A stretch of 64,000 nt of DNA from an uncultured Thermoleophilia bacterium (GCA_963841715.1 CAWJDP010000001.1:340045-404044); one strand, 5' to 3'. Counted from the first letter of the stretch, positions 1 to 9,779 are shown. The notes: generated by a model from the letters alone, not told the origin. Program-made: numbers and translations.

Positions 1-953
1 CAGAACCGTCGGTTGTGGCCGTCGATTCCCAGACTGGGGAGGTACACGCCGTCGGCGTCGAAGCAAAGAGGATGCTCGGACGTACGCCCGGCACGATCAC
101 GGCTATCCGCCCGCTCAAGGACGGCGTCATCGCCGACTTCGACGTCACCGAGCGCATGCTTCGACACTTCATCGAGAAGGTGCACCAGAATCGCTGGGCG
201 CACCCCCGCGTCGTCGTCTGCGTGCCCTCGGGGGTCACCGGAGTCGAGAAGCGCGCGGTCGAGGAGGCGTGCCTGTCCGCCGGCGCCCGCCAGGCGTACC
301 TGATCGAGGAGCCGATGGCGGCGGCGATCGGCGCCGGGCTCCCGGTCGGCGAGCCGACCGGGAGCATGGTCGTCGACGTTGGCGGCGGGACGAGCGAGGT
401 CGCGGTGATCTCGCTCGGGGGGATCGTCGTCTCGCAGTCGATCCGGGTCGGCGGCGACGAGCTCGACGAGGCGATCGTCTCGTACTGCAAGCAGCGCCAC
501 AAGCTCTTGATCGGACAGCAGACCGCTGAGGAGGTAAAGCTCGAGGCTGGCTGCGCGACCCCGCTGCCCGAGGAGGTCACGACCGAGATCCGCGGCCGCG
601 ACCTCGTCACCGGACTCCCGAAGACCGTCCGCCTCACTTCGGAGGAGGTTCGCCACGCGCTCGATGAGCCGCTGTCGCAGATCATCGGCGCGATCCGCGA
701 CACGCTCGACCGCACGCCGCCCGAGCTCGCCGCCGACATCATGGACCGCGGCGTCACCCTCGCCGGGGGCGGCTCGTTGCTCCAGGGGATGGAGCAGCGC
801 CTGCGCGACGAGTGCCAGATGCCCGCACAGCTTGCCGACTCGCCACTTACCTGCGTCGCCGTCGGCTCGGGCCGTTCGCTGGAGGAGTTCGACACGATTC
901 ACAAGGCGAACCGGAACTCCGGGCGGCGGGGGTACGCGGCGGCGGCGCGCTAG
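1..953 (+). CDS. mreB: Rod-shape protein MreB (5' end cut by window edge)
   Basis: The frame is open from nt 3 (EPSVVAVDSQTGEVHAVG...). Actin-like MreB motifs are present: KRMLGRTPG, IRPLKDGVIADF, EEPMAAAIGAG, VVDVGGGTSEVAV. It heads the mreBCD-pbp2-rodA block. Confidence 0.95.
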   Translation, partial: EPSVVAVDSQTGEVHAVGVEAKRMLGRTPGTITAIRPLKDGVIADFDVTERMLRHFIEKVHQNRWAHPRVVVCVPSGVTGVEKRAVEEACLSAGARQAYLIEEPMAAAIGAGLPVGEPTGSMVVDVGGGTSEVAVISLGGIVVSQSIRVGGDELDEAIVSYCKQRHKLLIGQQTAEEVKLEAGCATPLPEEVTTEIRGRDLVTGLPKTVRLTSEEVRHALDEPLSQIIGAIRDTLDRTPPELAADIMDRGVTLAGGGSLLQGMEQRLRDECQMPAQLADSPLTCVAVGSGRSLEEFDTIHKANRNSGRRGYAAAAR

Positions 954-965
954 GGGGGACGCGAC

Positions 966-1865
966 ATGTACCGAAAGCAGGTTCGCCGGCGCCGCGCGGT
1001 GCTGGTGTTGCTCGTCGTCGTCTCACTGATCCTGCTCTCGAGCCGGTTCAGCGAGGGCTCGGGCGGGCCGCTGCACAGCGTCCAGCGCGGGATCGCGACC
1101 GTACTGTCACCGTTCGAGGAGGTCGCAGGCCGGGCGCTCAAGCCCGGCCGCGACGCGATCAACTGGTTCGGCGAGACGTTCAAGGCGCGGGGTGAGAACG
1201 CCGACCTCCGGGCGCAGGTGCGGAGCCTGCGCTCGAAGCTGGTGCGCCAGCAGCAGGCGCTGGGCGAGAACCGCCAGTTCCGCAAGCTGCTGAAGCTCGG
1301 CCCCGGCGGCGGCGAGGCCGGCTACGAGGCGGTCACCGGCCGGGTGATCGCGCGCTCGCCGAGCGTCTGGTACTCGACGGTGAGCGTCGACAAGGGCTCG
1401 AGCTCTCAGGTGGCGGTCGACGATCCGGTGATCACCGGCGACGGCCTGATCGGCCACGTCACCGACGTCACCTCGGGCAGCGCCCAGGTGACGCTGATCA
1501 CCGACCAGAGCAGCGCCGTGTCGGTTCAGGTGCTCCCGAACGGTCCCCAGGGGGTGCTCAAGCCGAACGTCGGCGACCCCAACGACCTCCTGCTCGACTT
1601 CATCGAGAACGACCGCAAGGTCCGCGACGGCCAGCTGATCGTCACCGCGGGATGGCGGCTCGGGAAGCTCGGGTCGATGTACCCGTACGGGATCAAGGTC
1701 GGGCGCGTGACCCAGGCGAGCGCGAACGAGCAGGAGACCTACCAGCGCGTCCACGTGAAGCCGTTCGCGGACGTCCGCGACCTCCAGTTCGTTCGCATCC
1801 TGACCAAGGGCACCGCCTCGCCGGGCCAGAGCCAGGCGGCGAGCCCGAGCGGGGCCTCCGGATGA
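966..1865 (+). CDS. mreC: Rod-shape protein MreC
   Basis: 299-aa ORF with an N-terminal membrane anchor (VLVLLVVVSLILLS), a coiled-coil stretch and a beta-rich C-terminal domain. It sits between mreB and mreD. Confidence 0.9.
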   Translation: MYRKQVRRRRAVLVLLVVVSLILLSSRFSEGSGGPLHSVQRGIATVLSPFEEVAGRALKPGRDAINWFGETFKARGENADLRAQVRSLRSKLVRQQQALGENRQFRKLLKLGPGGGEAGYEAVTGRVIARSPSVWYSTVSVDKGSSSQVAVDDPVITGDGLIGHVTDVTSGSAQVTLITDQSSAVSVQVLPNGPQGVLKPNVGDPNDLLLDFIENDRKVRDGQLIVTAGWRLGKLGSMYPYGIKVGRVTQASANEQETYQRVHVKPFADVRDLQFVRILTKGTASPGQSQAASPSGASG

Positions 1866-2425
1866 TCGTCACCCCCTGGATCTCCGCACGGATCGCGCTG
1901 ATCCTCGCCGTCGGCGCCGTCCTCCAGCTCTCCTTCTTCTCCGAGATCGACCTGTTCGGGGCCTCGCCCGAGTTGATGCCGGTGCTGATCGTCTGCCTCG
2001 GCCTGCTCGGCGGCGCCGTGATCGGCGCCGTTTGCGGATTCGCGGCCGGGCTGTTGATTGACTCGGCGCTGCTGCAGACGCTCGGGGTTTCATCGCTGAC
2101 CCTGCTCGCCGTCGGCTATCTCGCGGGCCGCTACCGCGAGGGCTTTACCGTGACCAGCCGCTGGACGCCGCCGCTGCTCGCCGGCGGGCTGACGCTCGTC
2201 GCAACGACGGGCTTCGCGCTGATCCACGTGATGCTCGGCGTCGACTCCCCCGTCAGCCTGCTCGTCGTCCGCGACGCCCTCGTCAAGTCGGTGTTCGGGT
2301 TCCTGCTCGCGTTTCCCGTCTATCCGCTGCTGCGCTGGATCCTTCGCCCCGCGCTCGTCGACGCTCCGGGTGAGAGCGGCGTCACGACCCCGATCGACGG
2401 CAGGTTCATGAGGTCACCGTCGTGA
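1862..2425 (+). CDS. mreD: Rod-shape protein MreD
   Basis: The ATG at 1862 overlaps the mreC stop (ATGA). The product is a small polytopic hydrophobic protein (MIVTPWISARIALILAVGAVLQL...). The upstream part of ORF 1652..2425 is an out-of-frame overlap with mreC. Confidence 0.8.
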   Translation: MIVTPWISARIALILAVGAVLQLSFFSEIDLFGASPELMPVLIVCLGLLGGAVIGAVCGFAAGLLIDSALLQTLGVSSLTLLAVGYLAGRYREGFTVTSRWTPPLLAGGLTLVATTGFALIHVMLGVDSPVSLLVVRDALVKSVFGFLLAFPVYPLLRWILRPALVDAPGESGVTTPIDGRFMRSPS

Positions 2426-4341
2426 TGTACCTGCGCGAGGACAAGCGCCCGACTGGCTCGCCGCAGTTCCAGCTCCGCGTCGCGGTGCTGACCGGGATCG
2501 CGCTGGCGATGTTCCTGATCATCTTCTTCCGCCTCTGGTACCTCGAGGTGCTGTCGGGCGACAAGTACGCGAAGGAGGCCCAGAACAACCAGGTGCGGAC
2601 GCTTCGCGTCCCGGCGCCACGCGGTCAGATCCTCGACCGCGGCGGCAACGTGCTCGTCGACAACCGGACCGCGCTCGCGCTCCAAGTCGTCCCCCAGAAC
2701 CTGCCCGGGAACGGGAGGCGCCGCTCCTCCGAACTCGCGCACCTCGGCCACGTGATCGGGACCTCGCCGTCGAAGATCCGCTCCGAGATCCGGAGGCAAC
2801 GCCAGCAGCTCCCGGCGAGCCCGGTGACGCTGCAGCGCAACATCTCCTACCCGATCGTCTACTACCTGCAGGAGCACGAGGGCTCGTTCCCCGGCATCGA
2901 CGTCCAGCGCGTGTTCGTCCGCAACTACCCGCACGGCGACCTCGGCGCGCACATCTTCGGCTACGTGGGCCAGGTGAGCGCCGGGCAGCTGAAGGAGCCC
3001 CGCTACCAGGACCTGCAGCCCGGCGATGAGATTGGCCAGAGCGGACTCGAGTACAGCTACGACAGCGCGCTTCGCGGCCACGCCGGGACGACCAAGGTCC
3101 AGGTCGACGCACGCGGCCGCCCTCGCGGAGCTCCACTCAGCTCGCACAAGGCGACCGCGGGTGACGATCTCAAGCTTGCCCTCGACGCCAAGGCCCAGGC
3201 GGCCGGCGAGCAGGCGCTGTCCTCGTTCGGCGGGCTCCCCGGGGCGTTCGCGGTGATGAACGTTCACAACGGCGAGGTCCTCGGACTCGGCTCCTACCCG
3301 ACCTTCGATCCCTCCGTGTTCACGCGTCCCCACGTCCCGCCGGCGCTGTTCAAGCGCCTGAGCTCGAAGAGCGCCGGCTCGCCGCTCTCGGACCGCGCGA
3401 TCCAGGGGCTGTACCCGGACGGCTCGACGTTCAAGCCGATCACGGCGATCGCGGCGCTCGAGGACCACCTGATCACGCCGACGACGCCGATCGACGACCC
3501 GGGATCGATCACAGTCGGCGGGGTCACGTTCAAGGACGCGGGCGGCGGAGCGGGGTTTGGGACGCTGACGCTCGCCGACGCGCTCAAGGTCTCCTCCGAC
3601 GTCTTCTTCTACAAGCTCGGCCTCAAGGCCGAGGCGTCCGGCGACGAGCCGATCCAGCACTGGGCGACGGAGCTCGGGATCGGGAGCGCCACCGGGATCG
3701 ACCTCCCGGCCGAGGTCGGCGGGCTCGTGCCGACCCCCGAGTGGCGAAACAAGCTCTACAAGGCGGGGCAGACCGACCGTCCCTGGAGCGCCGGCGACGG
3801 GGTCAACCTCGCTGTCGGCCAGGGCGATGTGGAGACGAACCCGATCCAGCTCGCCGTGGCCTACTCGGCGCTGGCGAACGGGGGCAACGTTCTCCGCCCG
3901 CACCTCGCCGACAGCGTCGAGGACCCAAGCGGCCGCGTCGTGCAGGAGATCAATCCTGCACCGCGGAGGCACGTGAACATCGACCCGCAGTACCAGCGCG
4001 TGATCCTCGCCGGCATGCACGCCGGAGCTCAGGAGCCGGGAGGCACCTCGTACAAGGTCTTTGGGGGCTTCCGTGAGCCGATCGCGGGGAAGACCGGGAC
4101 CGCGCAGCGCGGCGCGTTCCAGCAGGACCAGTCGTGGTACGTCGCGCTCGCGCCGTACCCGGATCCCAAGTACGCGGTCGCGGTGACGATCGAGCGCGGC
4201 GGCTTCGGTGCCGACTCCGCGGCCCCCGCGGCCCGGAGCATCCTCGAGGCACTGCCGCAGTCGAGCCCGGGAGGCGCGGGGGCAACTCCCGCGGCACCGT
4301 CGGGCTCGCCCGGGCCGTCGGGCGGCGGGAGCTACGACTGA
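2422..4341 (+). CDS. mrdA: Penicillin-binding protein 2 (elongasome transpeptidase)
   Basis: 639 aa with an N-terminal TM segment. Carries SxxK (GSTFKP), SxN-like (KVSSD) and KTG (GKTGTA) motifs. The GTG start overlaps the mreD stop. Confidence 0.93.
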   Translation: MMYLREDKRPTGSPQFQLRVAVLTGIALAMFLIIFFRLWYLEVLSGDKYAKEAQNNQVRTLRVPAPRGQILDRGGNVLVDNRTALALQVVPQNLPGNGRRRSSELAHLGHVIGTSPSKIRSEIRRQRQQLPASPVTLQRNISYPIVYYLQEHEGSFPGIDVQRVFVRNYPHGDLGAHIFGYVGQVSAGQLKEPRYQDLQPGDEIGQSGLEYSYDSALRGHAGTTKVQVDARGRPRGAPLSSHKATAGDDLKLALDAKAQAAGEQALSSFGGLPGAFAVMNVHNGEVLGLGSYPTFDPSVFTRPHVPPALFKRLSSKSAGSPLSDRAIQGLYPDGSTFKPITAIAALEDHLITPTTPIDDPGSITVGGVTFKDAGGGAGFGTLTLADALKVSSDVFFYKLGLKAEASGDEPIQHWATELGIGSATGIDLPAEVGGLVPTPEWRNKLYKAGQTDRPWSAGDGVNLAVGQGDVETNPIQLAVAYSALANGGNVLRPHLADSVEDPSGRVVQEINPAPRRHVNIDPQYQRVILAGMHAGAQEPGGTSYKVFGGFREPIAGKTGTAQRGAFQQDQSWYVALAPYPDPKYAVAVTIERGGFGADSAAPAARSILEALPQSSPGGAGATPAAPSGSPGPSGGGSYD

Positions 4342-5552
4342 TGGCGACCGCGAGGGCACGCGTAGCGCCGCGGCCGCGCCCCTTCGAGCGTTCGCGGATC
4401 GGCGTTGTCGAGCGCACCGGGGTCTCGAACCTCGATCCGCTGCTGCTCGCCTCGGCGATCGGTCTGATCCTGTTCAGCGTCGTCACGCTGGCGCTGACGA
4501 CGAAGGGCGATGTTCCCGGCAACCCGTACTTCTACGTGGTCCGCCAGAGCATCTACGCGGTGCTCGGGATCGCGGCGATGCTGGCACTGTCGCGGATCGA
4601 CTACTCGCGATTCCGCGAGCTTCGCGTCGGCCTCTACACGGCGATGATCAGCGGGATCATCCTCGTCCTTTTGCTCGGGGGCGCGACGCGCGGATCGCGG
4701 AGGTGGATTGAGCTGCCGTTCTTCACCTTCCAGCCGTCGGAGATCGGCAAGGTGCTGCTGATCCTGGCGCTGTCGGCTTTCGCCCTCGACCGCCTTCGGC
4801 GCACAACCGAGCGTGGGCGCACGCTGCGCCTGCTGGCGCTCGGGCTCGTGCCTGCCCTTATCGTGTTCGTGCAGCCAGATATCGGCACCGGCATCGTCTA
4901 CGGCGTAATCACCCTTGCTGTCTTGTTCATTTCCGGCGTCCGCTGGACGCATTTCGTGGCCCTCGGGGCCGCCGCTGCGGGTTTGGTGATCCTCGTCTTG
5001 GTGATCGCACCCGCGATCGGAACGCCGGTGTTGAAGGGCTATCAGGAGGAGCGGCTAACCTCGTTCATGAATCCGAGTCAGGATCCCCGCGACTCCAGTT
5101 ACCAGATCAATCAGGCCTTGATTGCAATCGGCGCCGGTGAAAAGACCGGGCGCGGCGACGAGGCCTCGCAGACGCGGCAGGGCTTCCTGCCAGAGCGCCA
5201 CACCGACTTCATCTTTGCGGTCGTTGGAGAGCGCTTCGGCTTCGTCGGTGCCGCGTTCCTACTGTCCCTCTACGCCCTACTCATCTGGAGGGCGTTGCGT
5301 ATCATGACGCTTTCGAAGAACGCCTACGGGAGCATGGTCGCCGGCGCGATCGCCGCGATGCTCATGTTCCAGATCTTCATCAACGTCGGCATGACCCTCG
5401 GGTTGATGCCGATCACGGGGATCCCGTTGCCGCTGATGAGCTACGGCGGATCGTCGGTGCTTGTCACCTTCATGGCGATCGGGCTCCTGCAGAGCGTCTG
5501 GGTACAAGCGCATCTCACCTCCAGAAGTGGGGCTCGACCACTTCTGAGGTGA
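4341..5552 (+). CDS. rodA: SEDS-family peptidoglycan polymerase RodA
   Basis: The ATG at 4341 shares its A with the pbp2 TGA. The product is a polytopic FtsW/RodA/SpoVE-type protein ending in GIPLPLMSYGGSSV. ORF 4134..5552 upstream of 4341 overlaps pbp2 out of frame. Confidence 0.9.
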   Translation: MATARARVAPRPRPFERSRIGVVERTGVSNLDPLLLASAIGLILFSVVTLALTTKGDVPGNPYFYVVRQSIYAVLGIAAMLALSRIDYSRFRELRVGLYTAMISGIILVLLLGGATRGSRRWIELPFFTFQPSEIGKVLLILALSAFALDRLRRTTERGRTLRLLALGLVPALIVFVQPDIGTGIVYGVITLAVLFISGVRWTHFVALGAAAAGLVILVLVIAPAIGTPVLKGYQEERLTSFMNPSQDPRDSSYQINQALIAIGAGEKTGRGDEASQTRQGFLPERHTDFIFAVVGERFGFVGAAFLLSLYALLIWRALRIMTLSKNAYGSMVAGAIAAMLMFQIFINVGMTLGLMPITGIPLPLMSYGGSSVLVTFMAIGLLQSVWVQAHLTSRSGARPLLR

Positions 5553-5556
5553 GAAT

Positions 5557-7494
5557 TTGAGAAAGCGAATACTCGTATCGGTTGACCGCGGTGAGACCCG
5601 CGTCGCCGTGCTCGAATCGAAGCGTGGCGGCGGCCAGGACAAGTCCGGCGGCGAGAAGGGCTCAGGCTCCAAGCGGGGGCGCCGCAAGCGCGCCTCGGGG
5701 CCGCGCGGCGGCGAGAAGGTCGCCGAGCTCTACGTCGAGCGCCGGGGCCAGCGGTCGATCGTCGGAAACATCTACAAGGGCGTTGTCGACAACGTCCTGC
5801 CCGGAATGGAGGCCGCGTTCGTCGACATCGGCCTGGAGCGAAACGGCTTCCTCCACGTCGATGAGATCGTGATGCCGGACGGGAAACAGGTGCCGCGCCG
5901 CGGGCGCGGCAGGGGCACGCGGATCGACCAGCTGATCAAGCCGAGGCAGGAGATCCTCGTCCAGGTTGTCAAGGACCCGCTGAAGACGAAGGGCGCGCGG
6001 CTCAGCATGCAGTTGTCGATCGCCGGGCGCTACCTCGTCTACATGCCGCAGGGAGGAGGCGTCGGCGTCAGCCGCCGGCTCCCCGACGGCGAGCGCGAGC
6101 GGCAGCGGAAGATGATCGAGAGGCTCCACAAGTCCGGGCCCGCAAAATCCGGTGGGCTGATCGTGCGCACCGCCGCCCAGGGGGCGAAGAAGCCCGACTT
6201 CGAGCGCGAGATCGACTATCTGCTGAAGCTGAACCAGGTGCTCGAGCGTCGCGCCGAGGGCGCGAGCGCACCGGCGCTCGTGTTCCAGGAGGCGGACCTG
6301 TCGATCCGGGTCCTTCGTGACGTGCTGCGCAGCGAGTTCGACGGCGCGGTGATCGACGACCAGAAGCAGCACGAGCGCGTGACCGGGTTCTTCCAGCGCA
6401 CCGGCCCGGAGCTTGTCGACTCCGTCGAGCTGTACAAGGACCGCAAGCCCCTGTTCGAGCGCTACGGGGTCGATGAGACCTTCGCCTCGGTCCTGCAGCG
6501 GCGGGTCGATCTACCCTCGGGTGGCTATCTGATGATCGACTATGCCGAAGCGCTGACGGTGATCGACATCAACACCGGCAGCTTCACCGGCCGCGGCAAG
6601 GGCCGGCTCGAGGACACGATCACGCGCGTCAACGTTGAGGCGGCTGAGGAGACGGTGCGCCAGCTGCGACTGCGCGACATAGGCGGGATCATCGTCATCG
6701 ACTTCATCGACATGGCGCGGTCGAGCAACCGCGACCAGGTGCTGAAGACCCTCCGCAAGGCGCTCGACGAGGACCGCACGAAGACATACGTCGTTGAGGT
6801 CTCCCCATTGGGGCTGGTCGAGATGACACGGCAGAACGTCACCGACGGCGTCCGCGAGATCCTCACCAAGACGTGCCCGACCTGCGGCGGCGAGGGCGTA
6901 GTCCAGTCCGAGGAGACCGTCGCGATCGAGGTCATGCGCGAGCTCCGCGATCTCGTCGAGGAGCGGCCGAAGCCGGAGGCGTTCCTGATCCGCGTCAACC
7001 CGAAGGTCGCGGAGGAGCTGCTTCGCGAGGACAGTGGGCTGACCGAGCTCGAGGCTGAGGCCGGGAAGCACTTCCACTTCGAGGGCGGCGACGCGCTGCC
7101 GATCGACACGTTCGACGTCATCGACAGCGGCTCGCGGCAGAAGATCGCCGAGCGGGCGCTGCCGGTGCAGGTCGGCGAGGAGGTGCTGGTGACGATCGAG
7201 GAGCCGCACATGTATCGCGCCGAAGACGCCGTCGCGAGGATCGACTCGTACGTGATCAGCGTCTCGGGCGGCGCCTCGCACGTCGGCGACCGCAAGCTCG
7301 TGCGGATAGACAGCGTCGACCGCGCGGCGGCGGTTGCCTCGCTCGTCGACGGCGGTCCGAACGGGGATCGCGCCGACGATCAGGACGACGGCGAGGGGCT
7401 AGAATCGACGCCTAAGCGACGGCGCCGCGGCCGACGAGGCGGCAGGCGCCGTAGGCAGACCTCAGACTCCGGGAGTCAGACATCAGGCGCCTGA
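5557..7494 (+). CDS. rne: Ribonuclease E/G family endoribonuclease
   Basis: TTG start. Contains an S1 domain (GNIYKGVVDNVLPGMEAAFVDIG), catalytic core motifs (VIDINTGSF, IVIDFIDM), a Zn-link (CPTCGGEG) and an Arg-rich tail. It holds the conserved position before rplU-rpmA-obg. Confidence 0.9.
   Translation: MRKRILVSVDRGETRVAVLESKRGGGQDKSGGEKGSGSKRGRRKRASGPRGGEKVAELYVERRGQRSIVGNIYKGVVDNVLPGMEAAFVDIGLERNGFLHVDEIVMPDGKQVPRRGRGRGTRIDQLIKPRQEILVQVVKDPLKTKGARLSMQLSIAGRYLVYMPQGGGVGVSRRLPDGERERQRKMIERLHKSGPAKSGGLIVRTAAQGAKKPDFEREIDYLLKLNQVLERRAEGASAPALVFQEADLSIRVLRDVLRSEFDGAVIDDQKQHERVTGFFQRTGPELVDSVELYKDRKPLFERYGVDETFASVLQRRVDLPSGGYLMIDYAEALTVIDINTGSFTGRGKGRLEDTITRVNVEAAEETVRQLRLRDIGGIIVIDFIDMARSSNRDQVLKTLRKALDEDRTKTYVVEVSPLGLVEMTRQNVTDGVREILTKTCPTCGGEGVVQSEETVAIEVMRELRDLVEERPKPEAFLIRVNPKVAEELLREDSGLTELEAEAGKHFHFEGGDALPIDTFDVIDSGSRQKIAERALPVQVGEEVLVTIEEPHMYRAEDAVARIDSYVISVSGGASHVGDRKLVRIDSVDRAAAVASLVDGGPNGDRADDQDDGEGLESTPKRRRRGRRGGRRRRQTSDSGSQTSGA
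7400..7405 (+). promoter_or_regulatory. Possible internal -10 element (TAGAAT within CTAGAATC) about 125 nt upstream of rplU
   Basis: The octamer CTAGAATC lies at 7399..7406 inside the 3' end of rne. The same octamer precedes hadA-like, hadB-like and hrcA. Confidence 0.3.
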
Positions 7495-7530
7495 AGTCCG
7501 AGGTCTGAAGTCTGAGTACGGACAGAGAAG

Positions 7531-8082
7531 ATGAGCCTGAGCTATGCGATAGTCGAGTCCGGCGGCAAGCAGTACCGTGCCGAGAAGGGAGCGACCCTGC
7601 TCGTCGACCGCTTGTCCGCCGACGAGGGGGCGAAGGTGGCGCTGCGCCCGGTGATGTTCCGGGGGGACAAGAACGTCCTCCTCGACGCCTCCGAGCTCGA
7701 CAAGGTCAAGGTCGAGGCGGTCGTCGCTGGCCACGAGCGCGGGCCGAAGGTGCGGGTGTTCAAGTACCGCGCCAAGAAGACGTATCGGCGCCGGGGCGGG
7801 CACCGCTCGGAGCTGACCCGGCTCGAGGTCACCGACGTGAAGCTGCTGAGCCGGAAGCCGGCGGCGTCGAAGGCTGCTGAGGGCGAAGCCAAGTCGGCGG
7901 CGAAGAAGCCGCCCGCGAAGGAGCCCGCGGCGAAGAAGCCGCCCGCCAAGAAGCCCGCCGCCAAGAAGCCCGCGGCGAAGAAGCCGTCCGCCAACAAGCC
8001 CGTGGCCAAGAAGCCCGCGGCCAAGAAGCCCGCCGCCAAGCCGAAGTCGCGCTCGTCGTCGTCTGCTAGGAAGGAGAGCTGA
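7531..8082 (+). CDS. rplU: 50S ribosomal protein L21 with a long Lys/Ala/Pro-rich C-terminal extension
   Basis: The N-terminal ~100 aa ([20 protein letters not shown]...) is canonical L21. The remaining ~80 aa are AKKP-type repeats. Confidence 0.93.
   Translation: MSLSYAIVESGGKQYRAEKGATLLVDRLSADEGAKVALRPVMFRGDKNVLLDASELDKVKVEAVVAGHERGPKVRVFKYRAKKTYRRRGGHRSELTRLEVTDVKLLSRKPAASKAAEGEAKSAAKKPPAKEPAAKKPPAKKPAAKKPAAKKPSANKPVAKKPAAKKPAAKPKSRSSSSARKES
7897..8046 (+). repeat. Coding tandem 15-nt repeats (about 10 copies, (A/P)AKKP pentapeptides) in the L21 tail
   Basis: Reiterated gc(c/g)aagaagcc(c/g)gc(c/g) units are visible in the DNA, and [50 protein letters not shown] in the translation. Confidence 0.85.
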
Positions 8083-8336
8083 TGGCGCACAAGAAGGGAC
8101 TTGGATCCAGCCGCAACGGCCGTGACTCGAACCCGAAGATGCTCGGGGTGAAGGTGTTCGCGGGCCAACGCGTGGGCGGAGGCGAGATCATCGTCCGCCA
8201 GCGCGGGACTCGGTTCCGCGCCGGCGACGGCGCCGGGATCGGCCGCGACCACACGGTCTTCGCTACCCGCGCCGGCGTCGTCGAGTTCCAGCCCTCGCGC
8301 AAGGGCCGCGTGGTCTCTGTAACCGAGACCTCCTAG
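8082..8336 (+). CDS. rpmA: 50S ribosomal protein L27
   Basis: [24 protein letters not shown]... is canonical L27 with no Prp-type N-terminal propeptide. The ATG shares one nt with the rplU TGA, and the SD aggaaggag lies upstream. Confidence 0.95.
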   Translation: MAHKKGLGSSRNGRDSNPKMLGVKVFAGQRVGGGEIIVRQRGTRFRAGDGAGIGRDHTVFATRAGVVEFQPSRKGRVVSVTETS

Positions 8337-8362
8337 CCGGCCGCGGCGAAAGGCGGCCCCGG

Positions 8363-9649
8363 ATGCTCTACGACCGGGCGAGGATCTACGTCGAGGGCGG
8401 GCGCGGCGGTAACGGCTGTGTGAGCTTCCGGCGCGAGGCCCACGTCCCGCGCGGAGGCCCAGACGGCGGCGACGGGGGGCGCGGCGGCGACGTCGTGCTC
8501 GTTTGCGACGCCTCGAGGCGGGACCTCGCGGCGATGCGCCACGGCAGGCACTTCCGCGCCGGACGCGGGGGACACGGGCAGGGCAAGAACCGCCACGGCG
8601 CGCGGGGGGACGACGAGGTCATCCCAGTCGCGCCAGGCACCGAGATTAGTGGGATCGAGGGCGAGCGGTTCGACTTCACGGCGCCCGGCCAGCGCGCCGT
8701 CGTCGCCGCGGGCGGCGCGGGCGGGCACGGCAACAAGCGCTTCGCAACCTCCACCCGCCAGGCGCCGCGGTTCGCCGAGCGCGGGCTCGAGGGTGCGGCC
8801 GGGTGGATCGAGCTGCGTCTCAAGCTGCTCGCCGACGCCGGCCTCGTCGGGCTCCCCAACGCCGGCAAGTCCTCACTGCTCGCGCGGATGACCAGGGCCA
8901 CTCCGAAGGTCGCCGGGTATCCGTTCACGACTGTGGAGCCGGTGCTCGGCACGCTCGAGGCCGACGACCGCCAGCTCGTCCTCGCCGACATCCCCGGCCT
9001 GATCGAGGGCGCAGCCGAGGGTGCGGGACTCGGCCACGAGTTCCTCGCCCACGTCGAGCGCTGCCGGCTGCTCGTCCACGTCGTCGAGATCGCGGCCGAG
9101 GATGTTCGCCGCGCCTACGAGACCGTGCGGGGCGAGCTCGAGGCGCACGGCGCCGGCCTCGCCGAGCTGCCCGAGCTGGTCGTGCTCTCGAAGCGCGACC
9201 TGGTCCGCGACGACGAGGCCGAGCGGATCGCCGGCGAGTGTCGCGAGCGGCTCGGGGACGGCGTGCTCGACGTCAGCGCCGTGTCCGCGGCGACCGGGGC
9301 GGGGATCGACGAGCTTCGCCGCGCGATCCTCGACGCCGCGCCGGCTGAGGTCGTCGAGTCAGCGACGGCCGCGGCCAAGCCTCGGTTCGAGGCCGAGCAC
9401 CGCGTCTACCGGCCCGAGGGCGACCAGGGGTTCCAGGTCGTTCGCGAGGAGGGGCGGGCGTTTCGCGTCGAGGGCCGCGGGATCGAGCTGCTCGCGAACC
9501 GCCACGATCTCGACAACCACGAGGCGATGGCCTACCTCGAGGGGCGGCTGCGCGAGATCGGCGTGCTCGCGGCGCTGCGCTCGGCCGGGTTCGAGCCCGG
9601 CGACGAGATCAGGATCGGCGAGGTCGCATTCGATCTTGATCCCGGCTAG
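8363..9649 (+). CDS. obg: GTPase Obg/CgtA
   Basis: Gly-rich Obg fold at the N-terminus. G1 is GLPNAGKSSLL and G3 is DIPGLIEGA. The Obg C-terminal domain is present. Confidence 0.95.
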   Translation: MLYDRARIYVEGGRGGNGCVSFRREAHVPRGGPDGGDGGRGGDVVLVCDASRRDLAAMRHGRHFRAGRGGHGQGKNRHGARGDDEVIPVAPGTEISGIEGERFDFTAPGQRAVVAAGGAGGHGNKRFATSTRQAPRFAERGLEGAAGWIELRLKLLADAGLVGLPNAGKSSLLARMTRATPKVAGYPFTTVEPVLGTLEADDRQLVLADIPGLIEGAAEGAGLGHEFLAHVERCRLLVHVVEIAAEDVRRAYETVRGELEAHGAGLAELPELVVLSKRDLVRDDEAERIAGECRERLGDGVLDVSAVSAATGAGIDELRRAILDAAPAEVVESATAAAKPRFEAEHRVYRPEGDQGFQVVREEGRAFRVEGRGIELLANRHDLDNHEAMAYLEGRLREIGVLAALRSAGFEPGDEIRIGEVAFDLDPG

Positions 9650-9686
9650 ATGACGTGCCCAGGGACGTCATGAACGCCTGAGAAGC

Positions 9687-9720
9687 CTCGAGCCCCGGTT
9701 CCGTGGAACCGGGGCTCGAG
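9687..9720 (+). terminator. Perfect 15-bp-stem hairpin after obg (terminator-like, no U-tract)
   Basis: ctcgagccccggttc-cgtg-gaaccggggctcgag lies 38 nt after the obg stop. Confidence 0.5.
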
Positions 9721-9779
9721 CCGAATGGCATCCGGGCCCGTCCCGAGGCTTGGGGTCGCGCGCCTATCCTTGCCCGACC

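Noticed and set aside
2320-4359. 679-aa ORF on the - strand opposite pbp2. Similar long antisense ORFs occur at 1107..1754, 10754..12640, 28838..30442, 30883..32511, 32521..33855, 44057..46225 and 56151..57863.
   Set aside because: All lie antisense to genes with clear family motifs. Their translations are Arg/Pro/Ala/Gly-rich low-complexity strings with no motifs. Long stop-free antisense frames are expected in DNA of about 70 percent GC.
7897-8046. Tandem 15-nt repeats as a possible CRISPR or VNTR locus.
   Set aside because: The repeats are in frame within rplU and encode AKKP pentapeptides. There are no spacers, so this is a coding repeat rather than a CRISPR array.
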